Assembly (NCBI GenBank): GCA_027317865.1
Contig: DAHVQG010000010.1
Span: 45,627-109,626, forward strand
Length of the DNA: 64,000 nt
Source: Bdellovibrionales bacterium
GTDB lineage: Bacteria > Bdellovibrionota > Bdellovibrionia > Bdellovibrionales > UBA1609
Reading direction: 5' to 3'
In this document: piece by piece, positions 31,325-42,062 of the stretch
How positions within the stretch are numbered: the stretch's first letter is position 1
Layout: each line of letters begins with the position of its first letter
The notes under the pieces: model-generated
What the model was told of the DNA's origin: nothing
The model's input: only the letters and a program-made list of their open reading frames with translations
The model's database searches: none
Translations under genes and position numbers: made by a program

Positions 31325-32176
31325 TTAGGGGAGCGCGTTTGACGGGAATATTGCTCCTGTAGCCAAATGGTCTTCGACCAATTGTTCGGCAAGCTTCGGG
31401 TCGTTCGATCTCACAAGAACGAGGATCTTTCTTTTTTTAAGTTCTTTAAGGAGTCGAGTCTGTGTTTGTCGGGTCATTTCGACAGCGAGAGAATCAAAAA
31501 GCGATTTTGTGTGCGACGGAAGCGGCGATACAGGTAAAGTAAATTCATCACAATTGAGAGACATGATGGGCTCGAGATACATTGAGGACATTAACCACGC
31601 TTTAGCAATATCGGCCGTATAGGCGCCGACGAGCCAGTTTGGATTGGCATTTCGAATCATATGAACGGTGTCTTCAAAAGGCGAAGTCAAAACAAAATGG
31701 TCGGCAAGATGCGCGCGCTCAATGTCGTTAAAAAATGACTTCAGAAGCGGCGTTGCCGGATCCTCGATTTGTACGTAGTAATTGGCTTTGGGCAAAGCTT
31801 TAATGAGAGTCGAAAAGCGTAAAATTCCTTTGAGCTGCTTTGAGGTCGCATGACTGATCCAGCCGGTTCCTTTGTGTAGCTGTGCCAGTTTGTCCGTCGA
31901 AGCGACAAACCAAACACCGTCTTTTGCCGCGTGTACAAGTGCGCCAAGTACAAAATGTTCTTTAGCCGCGCGCTGATATGCTTTAAGCGAAAATGCGGGC
32001 GCGCGTGTCGAATCACCGCCCCAGGCCACGTCAAACGGTTTAATCTTGAGGAGCCGATGTGGCGGGACAGTGTAAACCTGCTTTTCGCCGACCATTCTTA
32101 AGCTTATAACGATAATAAATATCGTAAGAACCGAGGCAATCGCGATCACAAAGAGCCGGAAGAATGCAAAAACCAT
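31325..32176 (-). CDS. Membrane-anchored GDPD (glycerophosphodiester phosphodiesterase)-like protein, degenerate
   Basis: N-terminal TM; xxGG....P..SL.AY..A and KDG..FV spacing match the GDPD N-terminus, but the catalytic His/Arg are absent. Confidence 0.5.
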   Translation of the reverse strand: MVFAFFRLFVIAIASVLTIFIIVISLRMVGEKQVYTVPPHRLLKIKPFDVAWGGDSTRAPAFSLKAYQRAAKEHFVLGALVHAAKDGVWFVASTDKLAQLHKGTGWISHATSKQLKGILRFSTLIKALPKANYYVQIEDPATPLLKSFFNDIERAHLADHFVLTSPFEDTVHMIRNANPNWLVGAYTADIAKAWLMSSMYLEPIMSLNCDEFTLPVSPLPSHTKSLFDSLAVEMTRQTQTRLLKELKKRKILVLVRSNDPKLAEQLVEDHLATGAIFPSNALP

Positions 32177-32280
32177 ATACGCCTTTTTTTACCTTATTTT
32201 AATTGCCATCGCTTAGTTCGGCGCATAGGATAGGCCGGCTTGTATGGAATTTTTTAATAGCTTTCGATTGGTTAGATATT

Positions 32281-32697
32281 GTGACTCGACTCAACCGTAA
32301 TGTTGAATACGCATTTATTGCCCTTAAATACATGAGCGGTAAGTACGCTGGGCAACTGACGACGGTCAAGGAGATTTGTGACCATATCGGAATTCCGTTT
32401 GATGCGACTTCGCGGGTCATGCAACAGTTGGCTCAAGCGCGAATTTTACAGTCTGAGCAGGGCGCCCACGGCGGCTATATGCTGGCGCGAGATTTATCAA
32501 AAGTATCACTGCTTGACGTCCTTGAAATCACCTCCGGTGCCGTTGAGGCTGTCCGCTGTGTAACGGATAAAAAGGATTGTGAATTTTTTGGCGGCTGTAA
32601 TGTTACGGCGCCGCTCAAAAATCTCAACGGGCGGCTAAATGAATTTTATCAAACATTGTCGGTTGCCGAAATTCTTGAAGGTCGAGGTCCGTCATGA
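32281..32697 (+). CDS. Rrf2-family (IscR-like) regulator of the suf operon
   Basis: EYA..AL, wHTH with S.QG..GGY.L, three Cys (C......C.....C); GTG start 32281. Confidence 0.85.
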   Translation: MTRLNRNVEYAFIALKYMSGKYAGQLTTVKEICDHIGIPFDATSRVMQQLAQARILQSEQGAHGGYMLARDLSKVSLLDVLEITSGAVEAVRCVTDKKDCEFFGGCNVTAPLKNLNGRLNEFYQTLSVAEILEGRGPS

Positions 32698-34172
32698 GCG
32701 AGCAGGCAGCCGGCAAAAAAGAAAAAAATGCGAATTCGTCAACCGAAAAGATTTTAGCCGATTCGGGCGAATATAAATATGGTTTTGTCACTGAAATTGA
32801 TACTGAATCCGTGCCGGCTGGTTTGAATGAAGAGATCATTCGTTTTATTTCGGCAAAAAAAAATGAACCCGAGTGGATGCTGGAATATCGGCTCAAAGCC
32901 TACCGGCATTGGTTGAAACTAAAAGAACCGGCGTGGGCGAATGTTCATTATGCGCCAATTGATTACCAAAAAATTCGTTACTATTCGGCGCCCAAAAAAG
33001 CGGCGGAGAAAAAGAAATTTGAAGACCTTGACCCAGAACTTATTCGAACGTTTGAGCGCTTGGGCATTCCGCTTCTTGAGCAAAAGCGAATTTCGGGTGT
33101 GGCGATTGACGCCGTGTTTGATAGCGTCTCAATTGGCACTACACAGCGAGAAGCCTTGGCAAAGCATGGCGTGATTTTTTGCTCAATCTCAGAGGCGATT
33201 CAGGAGCATCCCGAGCTTGTAAGAAAATATTTTGGATCGGTTGTGCCGTATGCCGACAATTTTTTTGCCGCATTAAACGCCGCTGTTTTTACCGACGGCT
33301 CCTTTTGTTACATTCCAAAAGGGGTGCGCTGTCCGCTGGATCTTTCAACTTATTTTCGCATCAACGCTAAAGAAACGGGACAATTTGAGCGCACGCTGCT
33401 CATTGCCGATTCGGGGAGTTTCGTTAATTACCTCGAAGGTTGTACGGCGCCGATGCGCGACGAAAATCAACTTCATGCGGCGGTTGTGGAACTCGTGGCG
33501 CTTGAAAGTGCTGAGATTAACTATTCGACCGTGCAAAACTGGTATACCGGCGATCAAAACGGCGTAGGCGGTGTTTATAATTTTGTGACCAAACGGGGCA
33601 AATGCGTCGGTAAAAAATCTAAAATTTCGTGGACACAGGTGGAGTCCGGTTCGGCCATTACATGGAAGTATCCAAGCGTGATTTTACAAGGTGATGAGTC
33701 GGTGGGGGAATTTTATTCCGTCGCGCTCACGCACGATTACATGCAGGCCGACACCGGAACCAAGATGATTCACATCGGCAAAAATACAAAAAGTACAATT
33801 TTATCCAAGGGCATTTCAACGGGGCATTCGGTGAATAGCTACCGCGGCCTTGTTAAATTTTTGCCGTCTTCAGATGGCGCGCGTAACTACTCACAATGCG
33901 ATTCTATGCTCGTGGGCAGCGATTCGCGTGCCTGCACGTTCCCGACGATTGAAAGTAAGAATCCGGCGGCTGTCGTTGAGCACGAGGCTTCAACATCAAG
34001 AATCAGCGAAGAACAATTGTTTTTTCTGGAGTCGCGCGGAATAGACAAAGAAAATGCGGTTTCACTTCTTGTGAATGGATTTTGTAAGGATGTATTTAAC
34101 CATTTGCCCCTTGAGTTTTCGGTTGAGGCGGTAAAGCTCATCGAATTGAAACTTGAAAATAGCATTGGGTAA
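32694..34172 (+). CDS. sufB: Fe-S cluster assembly protein SufB
   Basis: [50 protein letters not shown]. Confidence 0.97.
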   Translation: MSEQAAGKKEKNANSSTEKILADSGEYKYGFVTEIDTESVPAGLNEEIIRFISAKKNEPEWMLEYRLKAYRHWLKLKEPAWANVHYAPIDYQKIRYYSAPKKAAEKKKFEDLDPELIRTFERLGIPLLEQKRISGVAIDAVFDSVSIGTTQREALAKHGVIFCSISEAIQEHPELVRKYFGSVVPYADNFFAALNAAVFTDGSFCYIPKGVRCPLDLSTYFRINAKETGQFERTLLIADSGSFVNYLEGCTAPMRDENQLHAAVVELVALESAEINYSTVQNWYTGDQNGVGGVYNFVTKRGKCVGKKSKISWTQVESGSAITWKYPSVILQGDESVGEFYSVALTHDYMQADTGTKMIHIGKNTKSTILSKGISTGHSVNSYRGLVKFLPSSDGARNYSQCDSMLVGSDSRACTFPTIESKNPAAVVEHEASTSRISEEQLFFLESRGIDKENAVSLLVNGFCKDVFNHLPLEFSVEAVKLIELKLENSIG

Positions 34173-34204
34173 GTCGCATGAGAAACCGCTAGAGGAGAGG
34201 CTGC

Positions 34205-34954
34205 ATGCTTAAAATTTCAAATCTCAGTGTTCGGGTTGATGGCAAAGAGGTTTTACGGGATCTCTCATTTGAAGTGAACGCTGGCGAAGTGCATGCCATA
34301 ATGGGGCCAAACGGGTCGGGCAAAAGCACATTGAGTAAAATCATTGCCGGTCATCCAGGTTATAATGTCACTTCAGGCAAAATTGAGTACGAAATTAACG
34401 GTCAATACCGTTCACTTTTGGACATGGACCCTGATCTTCGCGCAAGAGAAGGTGTGTTTTTGGCGTTTCAATATCCGGTTGAAATTCCAGGCGTGTCAAA
34501 CTTATCGTTTTTAAGGATGGCGTTTAATTCCATCTGCCGACACCAGGGCGCGCCTGAAATGAGCGAAGAAAAATTTCGTAAATTTGCGCTGGAGAAGTCG
34601 AAGATTGTCGAAATGGATCCTGAGTTTCTTGATCGCGGTGTGAATGCTGGATTTTCGGGTGGTGAAAAAAAGCGCAACGAAATTTTGCAAATGGCGGTTT
34701 TATCGCCGCGCCTTGCGATTCTTGACGAGACCGATTCGGGGCTTGATATCGACGCGCTTCGCATTGTTGCGAACGGAGTAAATCAATTGCGCTCCCCGGA
34801 GCGCGCGATCGTGCTCATTACGCACTACCAGCGGTTGCTCAATTTCATTGTACCTGATTTCGTACACGTTTTGGCAAATGGTCGAATTGTACGATCGGGC
34901 GGCCGCGAACTTGCATTGGAGCTTGAAAAGAATGGATACAATGCTTACCTCTAA
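34205..34954 (+). CDS. sufC: Fe-S assembly ATPase SufC
   Basis: MGPNGSGKST, FQYPVEIPGV, FSGGEKKRNE, LDETDSGLDIDA. Confidence 0.97.
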   Translation: MLKISNLSVRVDGKEVLRDLSFEVNAGEVHAIMGPNGSGKSTLSKIIAGHPGYNVTSGKIEYEINGQYRSLLDMDPDLRAREGVFLAFQYPVEIPGVSNLSFLRMAFNSICRHQGAPEMSEEKFRKFALEKSKIVEMDPEFLDRGVNAGFSGGEKKRNEILQMAVLSPRLAILDETDSGLDIDALRIVANGVNQLRSPERAIVLITHYQRLLNFIVPDFVHVLANGRIVRSGGRELALELEKNGYNAYL

Positions 34955-35957
34955 ATTCAGCTTACCGGCCGAGCTGGATAGTTTCATAAGCACCGATCAG
35001 TGTGGGGCCGACGCCGTGATGTGTTTTTATAACGGCGAACTCGTGCCGCAAAACTCACATTTTGACGAGCGCGTTCAGTTGCAAACAAATACACTGTTTG
35101 CACAACTCGACGTGCGGGCGGGGGGCGAGAAGCCTTTTCGCGTCTCAGTGGTTGAACTTTACGGGAACCAGCTTGGCGCGCAACGGCAAGAACCTTTTGC
35201 GGTCTCTTGCCGGCATCATTACCATATTCAGAATAAAGCCGAAATTATCGAAACGCACATCGCACTTAACGAAATCGCCTTTACAATTAATAATGCTTCG
35301 AGTTTTGAACTTGATGAGGGCGCCACAGCCGACTACGCGCAAACATATTGGGTCGGGGATGTGGCGACCGTAAACAACAAAGTGCAGTCGCGGCTTCGGG
35401 CCAACTCCCAAATGAACGGGTTGATGTTAAACGTAGGCAGCGAGCAAATCCGTAACAATTTGAATGTCGACCTTGCCGCGCAAGGCGCAAAAGCGAGACT
35501 GCAAGCGCTCGTGCTGGCAACTAATGAACATCAAATCGAGACGGTTTCTCATATTCGGCACCTCGCTCCCGAAACGAAAAGCGAACAACTGGTGAAATCA
35601 GTGATAAACAAAAGCGCGCGATTTTCATTTACAGGGCATATTGAAATTGCAAAAAAAGCGCAAAAATCGGATGCGAGTCAGTTAAGCCAAAATTTACTTC
35701 TCAGCCGTGAGGGGACAGTCAAAACAGAACCCCAGCTTGACGTCGGTGCAGACGACGTCAAAGCCACTCATGGCGCGACAGTCGGGCAACTTGATGAGAG
35801 CCAGCTATTTTACTTAACAAGCCGGGGGGTGCCGCGAGCTGACGCGCGAAATATTCTGGCGCTTGCCTATCAGCGCGATGTTTTGGAGCGCCTCAATCGC
35901 GGCTTTGTTCGTAACCATATTGAGAAGATTCACGCACGATTTGCAGGGGGCGGATAA
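34941..35957 (+). CDS. sufD: SufD
   Basis: Beta-helix repeats, AQKSDA.Q...NLLLS, P.L....DDVKA.HGATVG.LD..QLFYL.SRG. Confidence 0.9.
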   Translation: MLTSKFSLPAELDSFISTDQCGADAVMCFYNGELVPQNSHFDERVQLQTNTLFAQLDVRAGGEKPFRVSVVELYGNQLGAQRQEPFAVSCRHHYHIQNKAEIIETHIALNEIAFTINNASSFELDEGATADYAQTYWVGDVATVNNKVQSRLRANSQMNGLMLNVGSEQIRNNLNVDLAAQGAKARLQALVLATNEHQIETVSHIRHLAPETKSEQLVKSVINKSARFSFTGHIEIAKKAQKSDASQLSQNLLLSREGTVKTEPQLDVGADDVKATHGATVGQLDESQLFYLTSRGVPRADARNILALAYQRDVLERLNRGFVRNHIEKIHARFAGGG

Positions 35958-35960
35958 AAT

Positions 35961-37193
35961 ATGTTGAACCCACGCTCCGCAAGAAACGAGTTTTTGGCGC
36001 TTGTGAATAATAAAACAACAATTGATTCGCAAAAACCGCCACTTGTTTATTTAGACAGTGCCGCAACGACTTTAAAGCCGCGAACAGTAGTCGACGCCGT
36101 GTCGCATTTTTACTCTTATGAAGCCGCCAACATTCATCGGGGGGCGCATACCCTGGGTGACGAGGCGACTCAAAAATTTGAGACGACACGCAGCCAAGTT
36201 GCGCGTTTTATAAACGCAAAATCGGCGGATGAAATTGTTTTTACTAAGGGCACGACCGAGTCTATTAATCTTGTTGTGCAGTCGTGGGGGCGAAGATTTT
36301 TGCGCGCTGGGGACGCCATAATTTTAAGCGAGATGGAGCATCACGCGAATATTGTCCCGTGGCAGATGTTAAAAGATGAGCTGGGTTTTGAAATTCGCTA
36401 CATACCAGTTACCGAAGCGGGAGAGCTTGACTTTACTGAATACGAAAAATTGCTTGATGAAAAAGTCAAAATTGTAAGCGTCGTGTTCGCTTCAAACAGT
36501 CTTGGAACAATAAATGACATTAGAAAAATAATTGCCAGGGCGAAGTCGGCCGGCGCGATGACTCTCGTTGATGCCGCACAGGCGATGACCGTCGAAGAAA
36601 TTGATGTCCAAAAGCTTTCTTGCGATTTTCTGGTTTTTTCAGCTCATAAATTATACGGCCCGTTTGGCGTCGGCGTATTATATGGACGAAGTGAAGTGCT
36701 TTCGCAAATGCCGCCGTATCAAGGCGGGGGCGCAATGATTTCAAGAGTGACAAAAGAAAAGACCACTTTTTTGCCGCCGCCACAGCGCTTTGAAGCGGGA
36801 ACGCCGAACATTTCTGGCGTAATCGGTTTTCATTCGGCGCTTGAGTTTGTTCGCGAGATTTCTATAAACGCGCTTCGCGAGCACGAGCAAACGTTGACGA
36901 AGCGGCTTCTTGAAAAGTTGTCCGATCTTTCTTTTGTACGCGTCGTGGGCGAATCGCCTTCACGAATAAATATTGTAAGTTTAATTGTTAAAGGGGCGCA
37001 CCCATCGGATATTGGGCAGCTTCTTAACCAACAAGGGGTGGCTGTTCGAACCGGGCATCACTGTAATCAGCCCCTTATGGACAGGTTTGGAATTCCAGGC
37101 ACCATCCGTGTTTCGTTTGGCGTGTATAACACCGAAGACGATGTGGATATTTTTATCGATGCGCTTAAAAAAGCGCGGGAGTTACTTTCATGA
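35961..37193 (+). CDS. sufS: Cysteine desulfurase SufS
   Basis: YLDSAATT, NIHRG, EHHANIVPW, SAHKLYGP, FEAGTP, RTGHHC. Confidence 0.95.
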   Translation: MLNPRSARNEFLALVNNKTTIDSQKPPLVYLDSAATTLKPRTVVDAVSHFYSYEAANIHRGAHTLGDEATQKFETTRSQVARFINAKSADEIVFTKGTTESINLVVQSWGRRFLRAGDAIILSEMEHHANIVPWQMLKDELGFEIRYIPVTEAGELDFTEYEKLLDEKVKIVSVVFASNSLGTINDIRKIIARAKSAGAMTLVDAAQAMTVEEIDVQKLSCDFLVFSAHKLYGPFGVGVLYGRSEVLSQMPPYQGGGAMISRVTKEKTTFLPPPQRFEAGTPNISGVIGFHSALEFVREISINALREHEQTLTKRLLEKLSDLSFVRVVGESPSRINIVSLIVKGAHPSDIGQLLNQQGVAVRTGHHCNQPLMDRFGIPGTIRVSFGVYNTEDDVDIFIDALKKARELLS

Positions 37194-37783
37194 CCCAACT
37201 CATTCCAATCGCATCTGACGACATTATGATTCGCATACAAGACACGCCTAATCCTCTAGCGATTAAATTCATTGTTAATTTTGCGCTTAAAAACGTAGGT
37301 AATGCCACTTTTACCGCTAAAGAACAGTGCGCGCATTTGCCGTTAGCGTCTGCAATGTTTGAAATTCCCGGAGTCGTTCAAGTTTACTTTTTTCAGAACA
37401 CGCTTACAGTGACCCACACGGATGAGCTGCCGGTGAGTATCGTAAAGAATAGTGTTATGTCGATAATAAAAACGCGCCTTACGGTGCACGATCCGGATTT
37501 TACTATAAACGATGAGACTCCTGACCGGCCCAAAGTAGATCGATCTGGACTTTCGCCCGAAATCAGGCAAATCGAAGAAATTCTCGACCGAACAATTCGC
37601 CCGGGGCTGCAATCCGACGGTGGAGATCTCCAAATTGTTGAATTTAAAGATAATCGTCTTAAGATTTTCTACCAAGGAGCATGCGGGGGCTGCCCGAGTG
37701 CAATGATGGGAACCCTCGATGCCATTCAGGGCATTTTGCGAAATGAACTTAAAAATGACGAAATCACGGTTGAGCCGGTTTAA
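37190..37783 (+). CDS. NifU/Nfu-family Fe-S carrier
   Basis: Nfu_N (TPNP.A.KF) plus NifU domain (IRP.LQ.DGGD, GACGGCPS). Confidence 0.9.
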   Translation: MTQLIPIASDDIMIRIQDTPNPLAIKFIVNFALKNVGNATFTAKEQCAHLPLASAMFEIPGVVQVYFFQNTLTVTHTDELPVSIVKNSVMSIIKTRLTVHDPDFTINDETPDRPKVDRSGLSPEIRQIEEILDRTIRPGLQSDGGDLQIVEFKDNRLKIFYQGACGGCPSAMMGTLDAIQGILRNELKNDEITVEPV

Positions 37784-37808
37784 CCCTTAAATTCAACGAA
37801 TTTGATTC

Positions 37809-38075
37809 ATGAGAGGCACGATGCAAAAAGGGTTTAACTCCGACATTCTGTACAAGGGAGCAACTTATCACGTGCAAACAGAAGATTGGGGTGTCGATAA
37901 TCCCTTTTTTGTCAGCCAAGTTTTCTTTCGAGGCGCGGTGCTGCGAACGATAAAAATTCCCTATACAAAAGTTTTACCGCGCGGAACGCAATCTGACGTA
38001 AAATCCATTTGCGTGGCGCTTGAAACGCAACATCAATCGATTCTGGACCTGCTGATTGCGGGTGAACTGCTTTAA
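37809..38075 (+). CDS. Small hypothetical protein
   Basis: GFNSDI...YHVQTEDWG..NP pattern recalled from deltaproteobacterial hypothetical proteins; directly upstream of ftsE. Confidence 0.65.
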   Translation: MRGTMQKGFNSDILYKGATYHVQTEDWGVDNPFFVSQVFFRGAVLRTIKIPYTKVLPRGTQSDVKSICVALETQHQSILDLLIAGELL

Positions 38076-38084
38076 TATAAATGA

Positions 38085-38753
38085 ATGATCGAATTTGCTC
38101 ATGCGTACAAGGTTTACCCGGGTACAAGCGCGCCCATTCACGCGTTAAAAGATGTCAATTTAAGAATTGAAAAAGGGGAGTTTGTTTATCTAACGGGCCC
38201 GAGCGGTGCCGGCAAGACGACTCTTTTTCGGCTGCTCTCGGCATACGACCGAGCGACTTCAGGCAATGTACGCGTCTCCGGTTATGAGCTTTCAAAAATC
38301 ACCAAACGAGAGGTTCAGCTTTTTCGCCGGCATCTCGGCGTAGTTTATCAAGATTTTCGCCTTCTTAAGCGCCGAACGGTTTATGAAAACGTATCACTGC
38401 CGCTTGAAATTCGCAGTGAACGGCAACGCTACATCAAAGAACGCACTGAAGAAGTGCTCGACCAAGTTGATTTATTACATAAGAAAAGTGAGTTCCCAAG
38501 CCAGTTGTCGGGCGGCGAACAACAACGGGTCGCCATTGCCCGCGCGCTCATTCATCACCCGGATGTTTTATTGGCGGACGAGCCGACGGGGAATTTGGAC
38601 CCCGAGCTTAGCCGCGAAATAATCGCAATATTTGAAAAAATCAATGCCCAGGGGACAACCGTTTTTGTTGCGACTCATGATTTTGAATTAATTAAAAATC
38701 GTGCGCGCCGAACGGTTGAAATTCAAAACGGCGTCATCGTGAGGAGCGAATGA
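38085..38753 (+). CDS. ftsE: Cell division ATPase FtsE
   Basis: GPSGAGKTT, GVVYQDFRLL, LSGGEQQRVAIARA, ADEPTGNLD; followed by ftsX. Confidence 0.93.
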   Translation: MIEFAHAYKVYPGTSAPIHALKDVNLRIEKGEFVYLTGPSGAGKTTLFRLLSAYDRATSGNVRVSGYELSKITKREVQLFRRHLGVVYQDFRLLKRRTVYENVSLPLEIRSERQRYIKERTEEVLDQVDLLHKKSEFPSQLSGGEQQRVAIARALIHHPDVLLADEPTGNLDPELSREIIAIFEKINAQGTTVFVATHDFELIKNRARRTVEIQNGVIVRSE

Positions 38754-39655
38754 AGCAATTTTTTCGCTCGCTTCAATTTCAACCAATCACCCAATTAACA
38801 ACTTTGGGTGTATTAGTGAGTAGTTTTGTTTTGCTTTTGAGCGCGGTTTTGGTGCAGCAAAACTTGACTGCACTTTTATCGCATTGGGGCCGCGAGGTAA
38901 AAGTTGACGTCTATCTTAAAAATGGCGCGTCAGACGCGCAAACCGGCGCCCTTAAGAATCTATTTCGAAGATCAGGTTTATTTTCGAAGATAACGTACTT
39001 TTCAAAAGCCCAAGCCGAGGCGAGTTTCAAAAAACGCATGGGGAATTATCTGCCGGGTTTGCTCGATGATTTGGGTTCGGATAACCCGCTGCCTGCGAGC
39101 TTTCAACTTGAAGTTAAAAGCGGGATGGAAACACAATTCGATTACTCAAAACTTGTTCGGTTTGCAGGGATGTTGAAGAAACACGCGGGTGTGGACGATG
39201 TTTCGTACGGCCAGGGCTGGCTTAAAAATTACACGTCGGTCCTGCACGTGTTTTCTATTTCGATAATCGCGGTTTTGTTCGTTATGCTTACCGGGAGCCT
39301 TTTTGTGATTGGCAATTCCATCGGGAGTTCGATCATGCAAAGGCGAGACGAAATTGAGATTTTGGAATTGTTTGGCGCCACAAGCGAAATGATCATCAAG
39401 CCCTATGTGGTTGAAGGATTAATTCTAGGGTTTGTGTCTGTCGTTTTTGCGATCATTGTAACTTATTTTTTATATTCTTGGCAGGTCCGCATGATCAATC
39501 ACAGTATGACGTTCTGGAGTCTGCCGTCGACATTCGAATTTTTATCTTGGCCAAGAATCGCATTCGCCATAGTTATCGGAACTTCTCTGGGCGGTTTGGG
39601 CGCATTTGTATGGACGCGAAAGGTGACAACGGGATGGTCCGCCGCCGAATCATAA
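38750..39655 (+). CDS. ftsX: Cell division permease FtsX
   Basis: TM1, periplasmic domain with NPLPAS, V.YG..W, R.DEIEI..L.GAT...I..P...EG. Confidence 0.9.
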   Translation: MKQFFRSLQFQPITQLTTLGVLVSSFVLLLSAVLVQQNLTALLSHWGREVKVDVYLKNGASDAQTGALKNLFRRSGLFSKITYFSKAQAEASFKKRMGNYLPGLLDDLGSDNPLPASFQLEVKSGMETQFDYSKLVRFAGMLKKHAGVDDVSYGQGWLKNYTSVLHVFSISIIAVLFVMLTGSLFVIGNSIGSSIMQRRDEIEILELFGATSEMIIKPYVVEGLILGFVSVVFAIIVTYFLYSWQVRMINHSMTFWSLPSTFEFLSWPRIAFAIVIGTSLGGLGAFVWTRKVTTGWSAAES

Positions 39656-40719
39656 AAATATTAAGTCTGTTATTTTTCGCAGTCGGACCTCTCGCGCATG
39701 CGTCGACTCTTGCCCAAAAATTTATCGATACTGACAAAAAGATGCAAAAGCTCGATTTGGGTAGCGAAAAGGTAATGGGTGAGCTTTACAAAATTGATTA
39801 CACAATGAACCGGACGAGCAAGATGCGTGACCGATTTAGCCGGGAGCTTGCGTCCGTGCAAAATCAAGCCGCAGGTTTGGCCCTGTCAATCGTACGGCTT
39901 GAGCGGCGGATAAAAAAGCAAAAGCATCAGCTTTCGATACGATTGCGGGCCATGTATATGATTAGTAACGAGGGCGTCGTGCGAGCCATTTTCTCGTCAA
40001 CAAGCGCGCTCGAGCTCGATCAAGATCTTAAATACTTGAAATTGATCAGCGAGCACGACCTCAAACTCATTGCGAATTTTCATCGTAACATGGCGGACTT
40101 GTCGAGAAAAAGAGTGCAGTTGGATAATTTAGCGGCGCATTTGCTACGCGTTCGGCACCGGCTTAAAATAGAAGTGAACCAACTTGCGCAGAGCCAGAAC
40201 GAGAAGTCATCTATACTTAAAAAGTTGTCACGGGCTGAAGCTTCTGCGTTAAAAAAATTCGCGGAATTACGCGCGCGGGCCGGCAATCCGCAGCTTGCTA
40301 ATCTTATTAATCTGAATTTTTTTGAACACAAGGGCGAACTGCCGTGGCCAGTGAATGCTCCGGTGTCAGAGGGGTACGGTTACATTAAACCGCGGCACTA
40401 TAATTTTGTGCTTGAGCATAAGGGGTATGATTTTTATTTAAAGAGCCCCACGAAAGTGAGGAGCATTTTTTCTGGACGAGTGGCGTTTCTTGGCCGGCTG
40501 CCGGGTTATGAAAGGGTTGTCATATTGAATCATGGCGATCATTTTTACTCGGTTTATGCAAAGCTGAATAAGACGATGGTGAAAGCCGGGCAAAAAGTTA
40601 CCAAAGGTCAAGTCTTAGCGCTGGCCGATCATGACCTCTATTTTGAAATTCGTCACTTTTCGGATGCGATAAACCCAAAACCGTGGCTCAATAAAAGAAC
40701 AATGCGAGGTCAGCTATGA
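39634..40719 (+). CDS. EnvC-like coiled-coil/M23 murein hydrolase activator
   Basis: Signal peptide, long coiled coil, KG.LPWPV, degenerate M23 domain (LYFEIR). Confidence 0.85.
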   Translation: MVRRRIIKILSLLFFAVGPLAHASTLAQKFIDTDKKMQKLDLGSEKVMGELYKIDYTMNRTSKMRDRFSRELASVQNQAAGLALSIVRLERRIKKQKHQLSIRLRAMYMISNEGVVRAIFSSTSALELDQDLKYLKLISEHDLKLIANFHRNMADLSRKRVQLDNLAAHLLRVRHRLKIEVNQLAQSQNEKSSILKKLSRAEASALKKFAELRARAGNPQLANLINLNFFEHKGELPWPVNAPVSEGYGYIKPRHYNFVLEHKGYDFYLKSPTKVRSIFSGRVAFLGRLPGYERVVILNHGDHFYSVYAKLNKTMVKAGQKVTKGQVLALADHDLYFEIRHFSDAINPKPWLNKRTMRGQL

Positions 40720-42062
40720 AGCAAAGCGTTTGGATCAAGGCGGTTGTTCTGTGTCTCATCGTTGCAGTGACAACGGTTTTGTTTTCAATTACGCCATGGG
40801 GATCGGCTCAGGCTCAAGCCGAAGATCACAATTACAAAGACATTCAACTGTTCGCAAAAGTGCTAAGTCTTGTTCAGCGCTATTACGTTGATAAGGTCAA
40901 CACGAAGAAATTAATTTACGGAGCAATCGATGGGATGTTGACTGAGCTTGATCCGCACACGAATTTTTTGCCGCCAGAAATTTTCAAAGAATTCGAACAC
41001 GAAACATCGGGTCAGTTTGGCGGTCTTGGAATTGAAATGACGGTTCGAGGTGGAGTTTTGACCGTTATTGCGCCTATTGAAGATACTCCGGCGTATAAGG
41101 CGGGGATTAAAGCTGGCGACAAAATTGTGAGTATCGACGGCAAATCGACAAAAGGCATGAGTCTTGTGGACGCAGCCGAAGCGATGAAGGGCCCTTATGG
41201 AACTAAAGTCGTTTTGGGCGTTTATCGTCACGGGTTTACGGTTCCGAAAGACTTTTTTGTTCGCCGGGGTATCGTTAGAATTCATTCTGTCAAATATGTC
41301 GATATGGGCGACGGTTACGCCTACATCCGTCTTACAAGTTTCATTGAAAATTCAGCACGCGACATGCGCCGCGCGCTTCTTGCGCATATTGCGCGTCATC
41401 ACGGGATTAAAGGTTTGATACTCGATTTGCGCGGTAACCCGGGCGGACTTTTGTCTCAAGCCGTGGCGATCAGCAATCTTTTTATCAAGAAAGGAGTAAT
41501 CGTTTCGACAATTGGACGTAATCGCGCCAAAAAAGATGTCATGTATGCTAATCCCAAAGATGCGCTCCCAGAGAAATTTCCGATGATTGTTCTTATCAAC
41601 GGATCAACGGCAAGTGCTGCTGAAATTACAGCCGGAGCGCTTCAAGATCACCACCGTGCTTTGATCATGGGGCAACGTAGTTTTGGCAAAGGCTCAGTGC
41701 AAACTGTAGTTAAACTTGGCGGCGGGGCCGGATTGAAATTAACGGTGGCTCGATACTACACTCCAAACGGTCATTCCATTCAAGATGAAGGGATCATGCC
41801 GGATGTGATCGTGCCCGATTTGAATACAAAGGTTTTGCGAAAAGCAATAAGTAAAATTCCGGTGGAGCGCGAAGCCGACATGGAAGGGCATTTGCTCAAT
41901 CAAGACAAAACGCACCCCTTCATTCTCATGCATTTGTTTTGGGACGAGAATAATTCACAAAAGATGAACCATTCGCCGCTGGCAAAAATGTTGCGAAACG
42001 ATTTTCAGCTTTTACAGGCTTACAATTATTTGCGCAGTTGGCACGTCATTAAGTCGTTTTGA
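40716..42062 (+). CDS. Carboxy-terminal processing protease (S41, PDZ)
   Basis: LDPHT, PDZ domain, DLRGNPGGLL, TASAAEI, FGKGSVQ, YYTP.G.SIQ. Confidence 0.93.
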   Translation: MKQSVWIKAVVLCLIVAVTTVLFSITPWGSAQAQAEDHNYKDIQLFAKVLSLVQRYYVDKVNTKKLIYGAIDGMLTELDPHTNFLPPEIFKEFEHETSGQFGGLGIEMTVRGGVLTVIAPIEDTPAYKAGIKAGDKIVSIDGKSTKGMSLVDAAEAMKGPYGTKVVLGVYRHGFTVPKDFFVRRGIVRIHSVKYVDMGDGYAYIRLTSFIENSARDMRRALLAHIARHHGIKGLILDLRGNPGGLLSQAVAISNLFIKKGVIVSTIGRNRAKKDVMYANPKDALPEKFPMIVLINGSTASAAEITAGALQDHHRALIMGQRSFGKGSVQTVVKLGGGAGLKLTVARYYTPNGHSIQDEGIMPDVIVPDLNTKVLRKAISKIPVEREADMEGHLLNQDKTHPFILMHLFWDENNSQKMNHSPLAKMLRNDFQLLQAYNYLRSWHVIKSF

